Source: the human T2T-CHM13v2.0 reference genome, Homo sapiens
Direction: 5' to 3' (one strand)
DNA length: 64,000 nt
Assembly: GCF_009914755.1 (NCBI RefSeq)
Contig: NC_060929.1
Of the stretch, positions 14,190 through 29,450 are shown piece after piece. Below the pieces are notes generated by a model that worked only from the letters and a program-made list of their open reading frames with translations, was not told the origin of the DNA and ran no database searches. The position numbers were made by a program, and so were the translations under genes. Each line of letters begins with the position of its first letter. Position 1 is the stretch's first letter.

Positions 14190-15571
14190 TATAAGAGAAG
14201 GATAGTGCTACGTTACATATTTGGGCGTCTCTTGCTCAAAAATGAGTCAATATAATGAAATTCTCCACTCAGATTCAAGGAGGGCACTCACTGGTGTGGG
14301 AATTACGGACTCTTCTCCCATATCGTTAGCAGACTGGCAACCCTGGAAGTCGAGTTTTCTCAGGCTAAAGGAGAGAAGTCCTCTGACTCAGAGACTTGGT
14401 GACTTCCCTCACCAACCCATCAGGATAACGGTATCAAGAGCATGCTTCTAGGTGTTCCTTTGTCTAAAAATCTCCTCCAATGACATGAATAATGCTTTTC
14501 TCAGCAATGGCATCCTGTTCTGCTCACTCACACTCTGCAGTTAGATCACCCAGAAAATGAGATAAAACTACTGAAATCAATTAAAAGCATCTGATACACC
14601 AGACAAAGCCTCTTGGGTTGTTCAGAAAGAATCAGCAGAGCCAATGATTTCCTCCCATGACATCCAGTGAGAGCACTCTCTACAATAATGTTCTCTAGTC
14701 CAGCTCTTCCTGCTATTTCATACCAAACTTGGGGCTCAAGAGTCATATTAGTTCATCTTTCCAGCTGCCAGATGGGCAGTCAGCTTACACTTGGTCACTT
14801 TCCAGCTTCTCTAAATATATGTGTTTCTGAGGTTATGCAGAATTTCTCATTCTGACACTAGGAAATCAGATTCTATTAGTGTATCAAGGAAATGTGAAGG
14901 GACCCAATGGGCTGTGAATCTCTCTGACCAAAATCCTAAAGTACATACATTAGATTAACTACAATCACTTTCAGATTTTCTTGTCTCTCTTTGTTCCCCA
15001 TATTTTCAACACTTTCTCAGGCTGCTCCCTTAGGATCACAGATAATTAAATAAGAATACCCTAAATGAAAGAAATTGAATTGGAAGCTTTTAGAATTCTC
15101 TTCTCATCATCTAATTACATGAATAACATGTATGGGCAGCCTGACTCCTAGCTAATTCCCTCTCTGAATTTTTAGCTCTCATACAATTTGAACAGCAAAT
15201 CCTAAAACCACAGGGTGGGTATTTTCCACTGCTTTGGTGACATACTTTTTTTTTCAAATTTTCCTGAAGTACACTTTGCCAGAAGACTGCCTTGAGGCTA
15301 CCCCTGGTCCAGAGAATCTTCAAAAACCACATTGAAACAATTGTTGTTGCTCTTATCCTCTTCAGCATCTTGAGAATGTCCTTTCCCCATCTTTACATCT
15401 ACAGTCTCCACAGGGAGACTATTAACTTCCCACAGTGTCCTTTCAGCCAGCCCACGAAAAAGGCCAGGAAGAGCAACACTGTCAAGGCAGCCACATCTGC
15501 TCAATTGCACTAATCAAGATTCTGGGGCAGTATGTCATAACTCAGACTGAATGGAGCCAAATCCCATGGTC

Positions 15572-16435
15572 TGATGATAGAAGAACAAAGAAACTCAGGC
15601 TCTCTTACTTTACCCTCACATCACAGAATGCTTGTGTAGCCTCTGGTCTCCAAAATGTGTGGGGACTTCTCCCCTCCAAGCAATTCTCCAGCTGATCCCA
15701 GCTGGGTATCCCCTAATTTAACTCAATTCTGACACTGTCTACCTGGTGATGGTGTCAGATCCCCCAGGTTGAGGGCTCAGTCCCACAAGACTGCCCCCGA
15801 CTTCAGATGCCAATCAAAAGCCCTGGGTTGTTTTACCTGAGCTTCTGAGCAACCACCTATAAATCGGGGGTTTTCATGGCTCCCTTCTTGAGTTTGATTA
15901 ATTTGCTACAGCAGGTCTTAGAACTCAGGGATACACTTACTTACATTTATCATTTTATGATAAAGGATATTGCAAAAGATACAGATGAATAGCCAGATGG
16001 AAGAGACACATAAGGCGAGGTACGGGGAAGAGATGTGGAGCTTCTTTTCCCTCTCCAAGAGCACCATCCTCCAAGAACCTCCACAGATGCAACTGTCAAG
16101 AAGCTCTCCAAACCCAGTTCTTTTGGGTTTTTATGGAAGTTTCATTACACTGGCATCATTGATTAAATCATTGGCCATTGGTGATCAACTTAACCTTCCA
16201 CCCGTTTCCGTTTCATGGAGGTTGGGGATGGAGCTGAAAGTCCCAATGTTGTAACCACGCCTTGGTCTTTCCTGTGACCAGCCATCTAGCGGCTCCCAGC
16301 CACCAGCTCTCTAATAAGAGAGCAAAAGATACTCTATGTAAAAAATACTCCTATTATTCTGGAGATTCCAAGGATTTTAAGGTCTATGTGTCAGGAAATT
16401 GAACAAAGACCAGATATATATTTCAGAATGTCATA
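15572..16435 (-). mobile_element. MER21-family LTR
   Basis: caattctgacactgtctacctgg..tcagatccc..aggttgagggctcagtcccacaagactgcccc; right end ccagatatatatttcagaatgtcata; left boundary approximate. Confidence 0.8.
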
Positions 16436-16600
16436 GTCTACCCTCTGGTTTTTTAACAGAGATCTCTTAAGTCAAAACAATACACCACTACAAAAGATGC
16501 TGGCTGGCACATTCCTATAATTCCATCCAATCATTAATAATTAGTCCAGTCCATCATCATTATACAAAAATGTCTCCCAGGATGAGGCCATCAAGTTTGT
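16436..16600 (-). mobile_element. Short ERV internal remnant abutting the MER21 LTR
   Basis: Reverse purine tract then aataattagtccagtccatcatc..aatgtctcccagg. Confidence 0.5.
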
Positions 16601-16624
16601 AAGATTCCTTATCACACATGGGTA

Positions 16625-16657
16625 GAACTGGCTTCAGACCATGAACTGGCTTCAGAC
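16625..16657. repeat. 15-bp direct repeat
   Basis: gaactggcttcagac at 16625-16639 and 16643-16657. Confidence 0.9.
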
Positions 16658-18070
16658 ATAGCTGGATTCAAAGGTCAAATGAAGTCACCAGGATTTCATC
16701 TCTCAACTTTCTCCAGTGTGGGCTTCATTCTCAGCTTCATCTAAGAGATCCTAAGAATGCAGGTCTTCTGTGTCCTAAGCCAAGCCCCAAGCTCAAGGTT
16801 TGTTGTCAGGAAACCCCAGAGCCACTCCCTGTGTGTTTCATGGCTCCCTGCTCCCTTGTGATTTTTTTCCTTCCTCAGACAGACCCACAGCAACCAGCAA
16901 TATCTCCTGAAAGGATGATAGCTTCCTATCATCCATCCTATGGAAGGATGGAGGTTTTGGGTTGTGATCTCAGCTGTTAATTCTCTGTTGTGTGTTTTTG
17001 GACAATTTATTTTGCCTCTCTGGGCCTCAGTTTCCTCATCTGTAAATGTTTCTTTCTCTGTAAAGCTTCCCCAAGTGCCTGCCCCTCCATCTAGCTCTGT
17101 ATCTCCTCTGAACACACCACACTCTGTACTGTACTTACTCTGACACACAAATGCTGGATTGATGGCATCTAGAGAGCAGAAATTATCTTATTTCTCCCTG
17201 TAGCCTAGAACCAGAACAAAATGTGTAAAATATTTCATTCATTGGTAGGATCAGAAGATCTCCAGGGCTCTTCTAACCTTTGAAATTAGTCATGATCCAA
17301 TGATCATGACTTATCTGATTATTCCATCCCAACCTGGATTTATCCCTGATTGGCTGGACCAGCCCTCTTTGTGTCCTTCCCTTCTCTGGAGCAGCTCCCA
17401 AATCCAATCACCACCTTTGAGAATTTCCAGACTAACTAACCTCTACCCATCTCCACACCCAATTCTCATTCTCTGCATTACTCAGTATGTTCCATACAAT
17501 CCCAAGTATTCCTTCCCTATGCTTGTGTACAATGAAAATGTCTCAACTGCAATGTGATCTTGCCAATATACCAGTTCCTTCATGCCTGTCTACTGCAGAA
17601 CCATCTTGACTTGCAAGGTGCCAGAAATCAAAGGCTGTGGGTCCATCTAGACAGTGCCCTAAGCATATAGCTGTCTCCTACATGCGTTTAAAGATAATGA
17701 ATGCTAATGACATTCAGATTGATTATGTTATTCCACAGTATGTGCTCCCACTCCAGATAAGCATGGGGGTCCATTAAAAAACTCTAATTCAGTGATTCCT
17801 CATGGGATGGGCAACTCACAAATGTATGAGGAGGAGCATATAGTTTGAAGAAACATATTCAATATGATCATATAACTTTACATATTTGGAAAATATTTTT
17901 AGAAATTATTATTATTTAAAACACGCTATAGAAAGAGCAGAGATAACATTTGAACTCAGGGTTACTCTTTTAGACCACATTGTTTCTCAATGAAAGAGGC
18001 AGCAAGTGCCACAAGCCTGGGCTGTAGCTGGTTTTGTAACTTGTCATTCAGTCTCCATGCTTCTTCTAAA

Positions 18071-18148
18071 TGGGGAAGGGCTCTGTATAGGGCTCTGGGT
18101 AGGGGACAGGCTCTGTATAGGGCTCTGTAATGGGGAAGGGCTCTGTAT
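18071..18148. repeat. 30-bp minisatellite, ~2.6 copies
   Basis: tggggaagggctctgtatagggctctgggt / aggggacaggctctgtatagggctctgtaa / tggggaagggctctgtat. Confidence 0.9.
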
Positions 18149-19044
18149 CCTTGGGGACACCAGAAAAACTTTGTCCCACAGAATGAGGAGAGCAGGGCTT
18201 TCTCTCCTATAGTCACCAAAAAATTATCTAGGTGCCAAGGTTTGGCTAACACTAGTCCCACAGAAGAAGATCCCATGTCCTGTTTCCTATGTCAAGGTGC
18301 CTCCTGGGTTCTTCCCTGAAAAACGAGGTGGTTGGATGATGCCCAATGAATGCTCACAGCTCCGGGAGCTCTGCTCGTTCTGTGAGAAGCCATCAGACAG
18401 TCAACAGATACTTCTCAACACCCAATCTGAGCCAGGCATGCTCAAGACAGGGTTGCTATTTGGTTTTTCTTTAGAGTCAAGTTATTAGAGAGCTGAGTGG
18501 AGTGTCCAATGGCTTGAAATGTAGTAGGGATAACAGATTATTTGACCCCCAGTGGTAATCTGGTAGTGGTTATTTTGTTTGAATCAAGAAAGTCTCATTT
18601 TTACAAATCCTGGCATTGTGTTCTCCTCTTCATGGCTGGCAGTTCACATCTCATGTCATCCTACATTATGTGTAATAATTTTTGAAGAGTGATGTAAATC
18701 ATCCACTCCTCAGGGTTAGGAATCACTTTCAAGAAAAAGGCTTTAGGGTGAGATTTCACTCTTGGCAAATTTTAAAACCACTGTGGAGGCATAGAAAGCA
18801 GAAGCAAGAATAGTTTTCAGGGTAAATTAGGTTATAAATTTTGGTCAGATATAGAACTGGCCTCAATAAAGACCTTGCTAAGAAAGTTGTAAACAAAAGC
18901 AAACTGGCACATCACAGTGGTTCTGAAGAGTGGGGCAAGCCCTGAATAAATACAAAATAAAGAAGTTCTAGTATAGCTCCCCCTCTAACTACAGCAGAGT
19001 TGGTCATGGGAAACACTACTGATGGGTTTTGAGGGTTTTTTTCA

Positions 19045-19276
19045 TTTGGTTTGGTTTGGTTTGGTTTGAGATAGTGTCTTGCTCTGTTGCCCAGACTGGA
19101 CGGCAGTGGTGTGATCATAGCTCACTGCAGCCATGCCCAGCAAATTAAAAAAAATTTTTGTAGAGATGGGGCCTCCCTTTGATGCCCAGGCTGTTCTCAA
19201 ACTGCTGGGCTTAAGTGATCCTCCCACCTTAGCCTCCCAAATTGCTGAGGTTACAGGTGTGAGCCTGCGCCTGGCC
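19045..19276 (-). mobile_element. AluJ with internal deletion and (CCAAA)n tail
   Basis: gatcatagctcactgcagc joined directly to catgcccagc; J-type left arm. Confidence 0.9.
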
Positions 19277-19991
19277 TGTAAATTTTTCTAATCACTGACC
19301 CATTCACTTTCCTTCTCTTACAGCCTTCCCTACAACCCCTGCCTCCTATTTTTCCTCCATTAAAACTGTACTTTGAGGCTGCAGTTTATGGCCAGGAAGA
19401 GGGCAAAAGACATGAGAACAAATAAAGCAACCACATTTCAAAATAACAATTTTTTAAACTCATAGTAAAGACAATAATCTTGAAAACCAAAACCCTCTGA
19501 TTTGCAAAACCAGGCTTTTTAACAGTAAAAGGCTTTCTGAGGTCTAAATGCTTGGATCTGAATATCAAGAGCCAAAGCCCTGAAGGAATCAGTATATAAA
19601 GGTTATCCATGAATAATGGTTTAGAAAACCATTTTCTCTCCACTGGGGAGAGGGGAGATTACAAATCTTTCTGAGTGGGAGTAGAGTGTTGAGAATGAAG
19701 CAGGACAGCAGTAGAGTTACCTGCTCTATTCCCCATGCCCCACCCCCATGCCCTGCCTCAGGTAACTTCAGTGAGGAGATCCCAGGTTCCCAGAGCAGCA
19801 TGGCCTGTGCAGCAAATTTATACCCCAGGATCCAGCGGGAAGAAGCACAGACAGCCAGTCATGTGTCTGTGGAGAGTCCTTCCCCCCACAACCAGATTAT
19901 AGAAAGCCAGAGAAAGGGCCACAGATGTGAAGGGGTCTCCTGACTGGAACAAGATGAATGCAGAATGTGGGGGTCTGGTAAGTGGAGGTGA

Positions 19992-20669
<678 letters not shown>

Positions 20670-21339
20670 GACCATGTGGACCTAGTAGCACAATCCAGAG
20701 GGATTGAGGCCAATAGCCTTTAAAGACCAGAGGGCCGAAAACACCTTGCAGAGTGCCAACCCTGGGCCAGAGAACCAGAGGATTCCCCAAACCCATTCCG
20801 CAAGTGCCACCAACCCCTCCCCATCTGTGAACTTAGATGCCACCCCTAAGAAAGGGAGGAGAGCAGAACCCTGCAAATGACTAAATCTAGGCAGGAAATG
20901 ACTGGGTCATCACTACGTGGACTGTTTCCCTTGAGTTTGGAAGATTACATTTTCAGCTACCAAGGAGAATGGAGTGCCACGGTAAAGATTAAGTTCAACT
21001 GTTTGTGAATTCTGATGCATTATTTAACTATTAATTAAGCCATCAAAAATTTTGGAATTTATATGTTCAATAAATGTATGGAATTTATATGTAATAATAA
21101 ATAGGTCTAGAAAAAGAATGTGGGTCAGGGGGAATTATCTACAGTATCATTCTTTTCTAACTTCAGCAACACAACAATAATACAAACCACTGTAATATTA
21201 GAAAGCTTCTCAGAAACTTATAGTTCATCACTGAATACATGTCACTCTTTAAATTTTCCTAGAATTAAAAGGTTCTATTCCAGTAGTTTACCTGAATTAT
21301 ATAATTATCTATAAAACTTCAAAGAAAATGAGGCTGAGC

Positions 21340-21490
21340 TTTTCAAAATGCAGATCTGATCATGTCACTTTTTCCCAACATCCATCTCTGGAGAGAGGGA
21401 ACTGGTCTACTTTGCTCACCATGGTGATGCCAGAACTGAGCACATAGTGGGCCTTCATTTGTTGAATAAATGTAGAAATGAATGAATTAA
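21340..21490 (+). mobile_element. L2 3' fragment
   Basis: tctgatcatgtcact...gagcacatagtgg..tttgttgaataaatg..aatgaatgaa. Confidence 0.55.
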
Positions 21491-24233
21491 TATGATCAGG
21501 CTAGTGAACTCTTAAACCTCCTACCTTTGACATTCTGCAGCTACATGACTTGCATCTACTTTCCCACATAAAAGATGACAAAGAATCCCTTGAATTTCAG
21601 AGTTTAAACTGACGAATATATGCAGTAATGTAGAAATAGTTTTAATATGTTTCTATTTCATCACACATTTATGCATATATATTAATTGAGCTTATTTAAT
21701 ACAGTTCTTGATCCCTGAAACTTAATTAACAAAGGCATTAAGTTATTGAAAACACGAACATTGTCACCTCTGGTGTAAATGTTAGAGTAGAATCAGGTAT
21801 TGTTCTTTCATGTTGCAATTAAAATTTAAATTAATATATAGACCTGGCTATGTTTTGTTTCTTAACAAAAATATATAAGGAAATGACATTCTATTAAAAT
21901 ACACTATTACAAAAGAAAAATCTATAGAGGAATTAATTTATGTCCATGACAAAGTCTTTTCTCTGAAAAGAGTAGCAAAAAACATAAGCTTTGGGTTTTT
22001 ATCACCTGATCCTTTGTTCATATCTGCACACTTTGTTGCACACATAAACAATTTTGTAGATTTATGGCTATCTATATAAACACCTTTTACTCTAGCAGTT
22101 CCCACATTTTCAGCAATTACAGAAATTTAGGATTCTCAATTCTCCATAAAATATGAGCAAAAACACTGCAAATTCCTGTTCCCCGTCCACCAAAATCTCT
22201 CACACAGTAATTAAAGTCCTTATCAGCATCACCGCGTGCTACATAACAATCTAGTCTTCCTAAAAGTAAATTCATAAGGGGGAAATTCCTCTTGATGATA
22301 AGCAAACAGCAATTATTATTCCCTGTTATTAAAATGCTCTGTTAATTGTACAGATACCAGCAGAAAGATTACCTTAAAAGGCTGGATAGCAAAAGGGAGT
22401 TAGAGTTTTGAACCTTCTGGTCTAATTTAGACGAGAGTTTACAGAGAGATTCAGTAAATATTTGTAAGGAACCATTAACATTGAGTAAACAATTCAATGC
22501 CTGCAAGGAAAAATGTATTTGAATAATTGTAAAAGAACCTCCCTCCATACATGCTGGAAATGAATTATTTTAAAATGAAAATAGCTCAAATACATTAACA
22601 GAAAAATACTACCAGTCACATTTTCTAAGCATGCTTTATTGTATACACAGTTGATCATCCTGGACTGTATAAGAGGCACATGTTCGAAAAAAAAAAAAAA
22701 AAAGAAGAAGAACAAGCTGCTGTTTTCACTCCAGGGATTATTTTACAGGGAACTCAGCAGGCTCAGCCCTTCCTTAGCATTTTTTTCTGTTTCTGTCCCA
22801 ACAGAAATGAGATTTTAGTGTTTGTCTTTTGTGCTGCTAACACTGAGCTTGCCAGGGTATCCCTGTTTGATGCTCTACTTCCATTGATGGAGCGAGGGAG
22901 GAAAGAGCAAGTAAATGAGGAAGCTCTGAGATTTCTCTTCCCCTCCAAATGGCAGAGATAAATCTAGCCAGTGAACATGAAGGCGCCCTGGCTCAATTAA
23001 AAACCAACTTTGATAAAATATTTTGTTTAAAGAGAAAAATAGTCTCTCCAGTGAAAACTGTTTAGGGCAGCTGTGCAGGGGAAGCAGGTGTTGAGTCTAC
23101 CCTGAGGGCTTCAGAAATATTAATATTTAAACCTCTCACATTTCACTAAAGTTCACGACAGCTTCCTAATGCCTGGAGGAAGACAGAGCAGGAAAATCAC
23201 AAGCCACAAAGTGGGGAATGCCTTCTAATTTGGCCAGAGCAGGGCCTGATTGTCTGTCTCCCTGACTCAGCCTCTCTGATTTGCTGCAAGCTCACAAAGA
23301 CCATGCATTAGAATTTCAAAGCTGGCTCCATCCTCCACACGCTGTAAAGACATAACATGTCATCAAAACACAGGGTTTTCCAGGCCGTGATTTGTTTGTC
23401 TAGACTCTGGCCATTGAACTCTGTTTATTACTAAACAGAGTTTAGTGTGGAATGGGCAACAAATCAAAGGGGGCTCTGAGAGCCCTGAGTGCATGCAGAC
23501 ACTCTTCCTTCTCAGTTTCCACTGCTCTTAGAGGTCTATCTTTCCCAGGACCCAGGGGCTGATCACTAGACTAACGTTTCATCTTTTTTTGACCTGGGAC
23601 ATGACCCTGGGCCATTTGTAACCCTCAGATCCCCTCCCCATCATTGTGCAAGTAGGCAGCCCTTAATAATTATATTCTGGCGGCTTCATGGAGAGGTCAT
23701 GAAGAATGACTAATGATTAACATTTGAAAATGGAACATGATAGGAAAATACCACCAATCACGGCAAAACCGTCTGTCAAAAGAGCAGAGGGCAACGACAA
23801 CAAAACACTATTCAAAGAATATCCTCTTCCAAGATGAGAATGTGCCATTCAGAAGAAGTCTTCAGGTTTGTTTTTCAAAAGACACATAATTATCAGATAC
23901 GTTGTTATCATTTTTAATGCATAATTGTTAGCCTACTTGTTAATGAATATATATTTCCTACTTTAAAAGACTTGATGTAGAGGATAAAATGGAGATTCAC
24001 AGCTCTTTTTAGAAAATAGTGCACAACTTGATTCTTTTAAAGAAAAAGCATCTCTGTTGCCTATAAAAATATAATTGCTTTGTACAAAAATAAATTATCT
24101 CAGGCAGCATTTCTGAAACACATCGATTACATTAAGAAAGACCTATGAGCTAAGAGAAGGCTTGTAAGTTCAGAGGCTAAGGATGGAGGTCTCTAAATGA
24201 AAAGGCTTAGGTACCAACTCCCTATGAACCTTA

Positions 24234-24545
24234 CATTAACAGAGGCCTCTGGTTCAGTTTTAGCCCTTAGAAAAAACTGCAAGTGAAGTCAGTTACCCTA
24301 ATATTATCATCCCTGTCAAATGCTCCTCGGTTAAGGAAATTGTAAACAACTGTATCCTTTATGTCTTGGAATAAGATTCCATTTACCCAGCTGGAGTGGC
24401 AACACCCCACTAGGTCAGGCACTGTGGGCCTTTTGCCTGTGATTCCATCCTCCCCACACCTCCACCTCACCAGGTAGGTGTCTATCCATGCAGAAATGAT
24501 GGCTGAATTAAATTGAATAAATGTTAGAACTCCAAAACAAAACAA
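24234..24545. repeat. Local direct duplication, copy 1 (312 bp)
   Basis: Aligns to 25085-25396 at offset 851 with 9 substitutions and no indels. Confidence 0.97.
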
Positions 24546-25084
24546 CATATTATCTAAATGGGCACAAGCTATCTAATCTGTGTTTCACTTCTGCTGCCAG
24601 AAATGGAAAGCTATCACTCCAAAGGCATGTTAAGCAAAACAAAATAATACTTCCAAAGAAGGTCTAGCTTCTGTTCTGTGACAATTTGGTGATCATTCAT
24701 CAGATGGACAAAAAAGCCAAAAGGGTCAAACCAACCAGAACTTAAAACGATGGTCAGGAACTTCTGACCTATCCTTTGTGGCAGTTTCAAGGAGCCCAGT
24801 AGAAGATTTGGCCCCAGCTAGTCACTATGATCTCTCTACCTGCACCCACGGGCTAGGACTAGAGACCCATCTCATCCCAGAGGTGTCAATCATAGGCCTA
24901 TACACACTCTGCACAGTTCTAAGGAAATTTAGGTGAAAGGAGTGGGGAAAGAATCAACCTAGATGTTCCTGGGGCCCATCCTGACCAAGGCCCTTGGTAT
25001 GGCTTCAAACCCCCAAAATGACAAAGAGGACCTCATGTTTGCTGCCCCAACAAACCTGATGTAATTTCACAATAGATCCAGTTC

Positions 25085-25396
25085 CATTAACAGAGGCCTC
25101 TGGCTCAGTTTTAGCCCTTAGAAAAAACTGCAGGTGAAGTCAGTTACCCTAATATTATCATCCCTGTCAAATGCTCCTCGGTTAAGGAAATTGTAAACAA
25201 CTGTATCCTTTATATCTTGGAATAAGATTCCATTTACCCAGCTGGAGCGGCAACACCCCTCTAGGTCAGGCACTGTGGGCCTTCTGCCTGTGATTCCATC
25301 CTCCCCGCACCTCCAGCTCACCAGGTAGGTGTCTATCCATGCAGAAATGGTGGCTGAATTAAATTGAATAAATGTTAGAACTCCAAAACAAAACAA
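25085..25396. repeat. Local direct duplication, copy 2 (312 bp)
   Basis: Aligns to 24234-24545; both copies give near-identical minus-strand ORFs in the track. Confidence 0.97.
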
Positions 25397-26357
25397 AAAC
25401 CAAATAGTCATTTTCATCCACATTCACACATCAAGTGTTTTTCTTTAAAGGCTGAAGGGGATAGCAGGTGAAAGTAGAAAGAGCAGACGGTATGAGAAAA
25501 CACGCCTCACCCAACCAACTTGGTCATTGATTTTTTTAAAAAAGGAGTCTTTATCTTTACACAGAAGGTAGAAGTTATAATTTAACTCTCAAGTTAACTA
25601 TAGGTCCCCTTGCCTTTCAAGTCATATGAACACAAAAGGCTTTAATGATTTTTTAACTAAAGAAGGAAAAAACATACCATATGAAAATCACTTCTCCCCC
25701 CTAACACGAATACACTGGCCACTCAAAGATAGGTCTGTGAGATCCTTATCCACAGGATCTATTAATAAGAGCAGCACAGGAAACTCGGCACAATCACAAT
25801 CCAAAGTTTAGTTTGACAAACACAGGAAGGCCACTGGCTTAAGAGTCTCTGCATATGCAGTTAAAACCTCATTTGAACACCTGCATAATCATTTCCCTCC
25901 TAAAAAAAAAAAAGGAGAGTGGATTTTTACTTGTAAGTTCTCAGTTTTAAGTAGACCAAATCTAACGAACATCTTTTTCCACCACAGTGAAGAAAAGAAA
26001 AAGGAAATTCCATGGTCTCCAGTAACAATCAAGTTTGCAGAAACACAAAATCATTTTTACAAGACACTTATCTCTCAAGACTATTCACATACACAAGAGG
26101 GGAATTTTTACAGGCTAATGTGACATAAAATTTGTATATAAAATCATCCCTTAATGCCCCAGAGGACTTACTCCTTTACAAAATCCTTTAAAAAAAGAAG
26201 ACAATGATCATCTCTGGGTTATGAGATTATGAGTACTTTTTATTGTTCTTTTTCACTTATTTTCAAGCTTTTATACCAAGTTCAATTTTTGCCTTTAAAA
26301 TCAGAAAAAAAAATAATTAATTCTTATGGTAGAATTCGAGATGAAGAATCTCTCTGA

Positions 26358-27018
<661 letters not shown>

Positions 27019-27925
27019 CATTAGCATGGATGTTTAAGAGGCAATACCTCCGGGCAGACACATCCCCCAGATGAAGACTGCATTTAGCTCCAGTCACCCC
27101 TCTGGAGTGCACAGTCCTAGCTTAGTCCCGATTGTCCATCTTTCTGTGATCCAGATTTCTATGATATCCAGTTGTGCCTACATGTTCATTTGCACTTATG
27201 TGTGACTATGGGACCAAAGTCTTCAATCTTCACACACTGACCAGGAATTTGATTCCTGGCACTGTGAAATCCAAACTGGCCCTGACGTTTTACTCAAAAA
27301 TCCTTTCTAAAGAAGCCATGACAGACAGTTATATCTTGAGACCCAGAGCAATTTTACTTACATGTCGGCATGAAGGAACAACAAGGGCCTCACTAAAAAG
27401 TAAGGGTATGCCAATATGAACAAATAAAAAGGCCTGGCTTCATGTCCCCTGTCTGCATGTGCAACTTAATCAAGATGGATCTTTACTCACTGCAGTTCTG
27501 GGGCTTCATCAACCTCAACATCCCGTTCTATTTACTTTTACTTTCAAAATAATGCCCCTGACCACTGCCATCCCCACAACTCTGACACCTTCCTAAGTGG
27601 ATGTACAGATCTTCATAGCTGTGGACGACACAGTCACTTCTAGTCTTCACTCCAAGACACACAACAGGTTCCCTGTAGAGGTGCAATGTGTTCCTGAGTA
27701 TCAGAGCGTTCTACCACCCACTCAAATCTGGATTGTGCACTCACAGCCCTCACCCTTCCCAAGTTGGCCAAACCTCCCAGATAGCAGATAGAGGCTGTGA
27801 GAAGTAAAACAGTCATCTACATCAACAAAAGGGCGTCAAAGTGACATATATGGACCAAAGAGGGAGGGAAGGAAGAAAGGAATCGCCACCTAGCCAGGCA
27901 AATGAACAGGGGTAAGTCTGGCCAT

Positions 27926-28103
27926 CAGAACTAGCTACACAATTTTGGGGGCCCATCGCAAAATGAAAATGCAAGCCCCTTTTTTCAAAAAGTATTAAGA
28001 ATTTCAAGACACCCGCAGCAAAGCATTAAACCAGATATGGGCTGCTTTCAAGGATGGGGCCATGGGTTACTACACAGGTCACATGCCCATGAAGCCTGTC
28101 CTG
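27926..28103 (-). mobile_element. MER45A (hAT-Tip100)
   Basis: Reverse complement matches CAGGGCCGGCTTCATGGGC...CATTTTCATTTTGC..GGGCCCC; TSD-like ctggccat / ctggctgt. Confidence 0.85.
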
Positions 28104-29261
28104 CTGGCTGTCAGTGGTAAAGTCACTGGCTTCCATGTCCAAATTAGCAGCAGTCAAATGGGCTAGAGAGGACAGTAGTGAAATAAATAAATTAAATAAT
28201 CCATTAAGGGGTCAAAAGCTATGTGTCCTAGGTCAGCTTCTTGTTTATAGATAGCTCTACACATTTTTCAAAATATTTTTCTATTTTTTATCTGGAAAAT
28301 GGAGCATCAGTAGTTACAACATCACAGTGATAGGACTCAAATTGGCAGCTCCTGATCCTGCAAGTAATGAGAATGTTAAATATACCATCTAGCCAATCAT
28401 GGAGGGCAGTTTTCATTGTAAGAGAACTGAATGGAATTCAAATCACTTTGGCAAGAAAACCCAAAGCCATAATTTTCTCCCATGGCGTACTCAAATTCAG
28501 GTAGAAGTTAGTTATGAATGAAATTTCCCTTTATCTGGGCTGCCAAAGACAGCACTGCAGGCCTTCACTTCCTGGAAAACCCTAAACCAAGCTGGGTTCA
28601 TGCTCCCACCCAGATCAGCCTTTCCTCAAGGGCCCCAGGAGCGCCTCATCCCAGGCTTTCTGGGAATTCTCCAGGTTCTGACATTCCCGTAATTCCTCCC
28701 CAGGTCTCGGCAGGGATCCCAACGTTTAAACTTATGTACGTATTTTAAAACCAATTATTTTCTCTTTATGCTCAAAAAGTGGTTGGAGCTGAATTTTTGA
28801 CAAAATTCATAGGATTTAAGATATCTCCAAGCTAGATTCTTCATCCTTAATAAACAGTTAAAGAAAAGAAATGTCCAGGCACTAACTCCACAGCATGCCA
28901 AGGCCAGAAACTGCTCTGCAATGTAAATCGCTTTTTAAGGAGAAAAGAGAAAACATCACAATTCTAAAACCGGCACTAAAAAAGTTATGCTGGGGTGGAT
29001 GAATGGTTTGTGGAGCTGTAAAAACATACTTAGGTCTTGTATGAACATATCCTTGAATTTCAAACATATGAGCCACATCATTATTAATAGCCTGGTATAT
29101 ACACTGCCCAGTTTTACCCGCTCATACATCGACCCCACATACACTCACAGTTCCTCCCCTGGGGGGCTGAGCAAACACATAAAATTCGTAGGGCCTGTGG
29201 CTAACACTTCTTTATTTTGAATAGCCGTATTTCACATGGAGAAGGCAGGGCGGGAGAGCTA

Positions 29262-29450
29262 AGATTTATTGACAGCCTACTGTGTGCTAAGCCCTGTGTC
29301 AAGTGCTTTCATAAAGGTTAGCTCATCTTTTCTTCCAAGGGAAGCCCCGATTGAAAGATGAATGACCTTATGAAGGTCACACAGCCGATCCATTGGAGAG
29401 ATAGCATTCAATCTCACTTCACCGGCCCCAAAGCCTTCTTTCCACTCCAG
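29262..29450 (-). mobile_element. MIR fragment
   Basis: atttattgacagcctactgtgtgctaagccctgtg...aaggtcacacagc. Confidence 0.65.

Noticed and set aside
24234-25396. Duplicated unit as the two LTRs of a novel mini-retroelement
   Set aside because: No TG..CA termini, TSD, primer-binding site or polypurine tract next to the copies
24267-25423. Twin 93/101-aa minus-strand ORFs resembling duplicated small genes
   Set aside because: Non-ATG starts, no recognisable protein family, and 5 of 8 substitutions change amino acids, compatible with neutrality; the similarity follows from the DNA duplication
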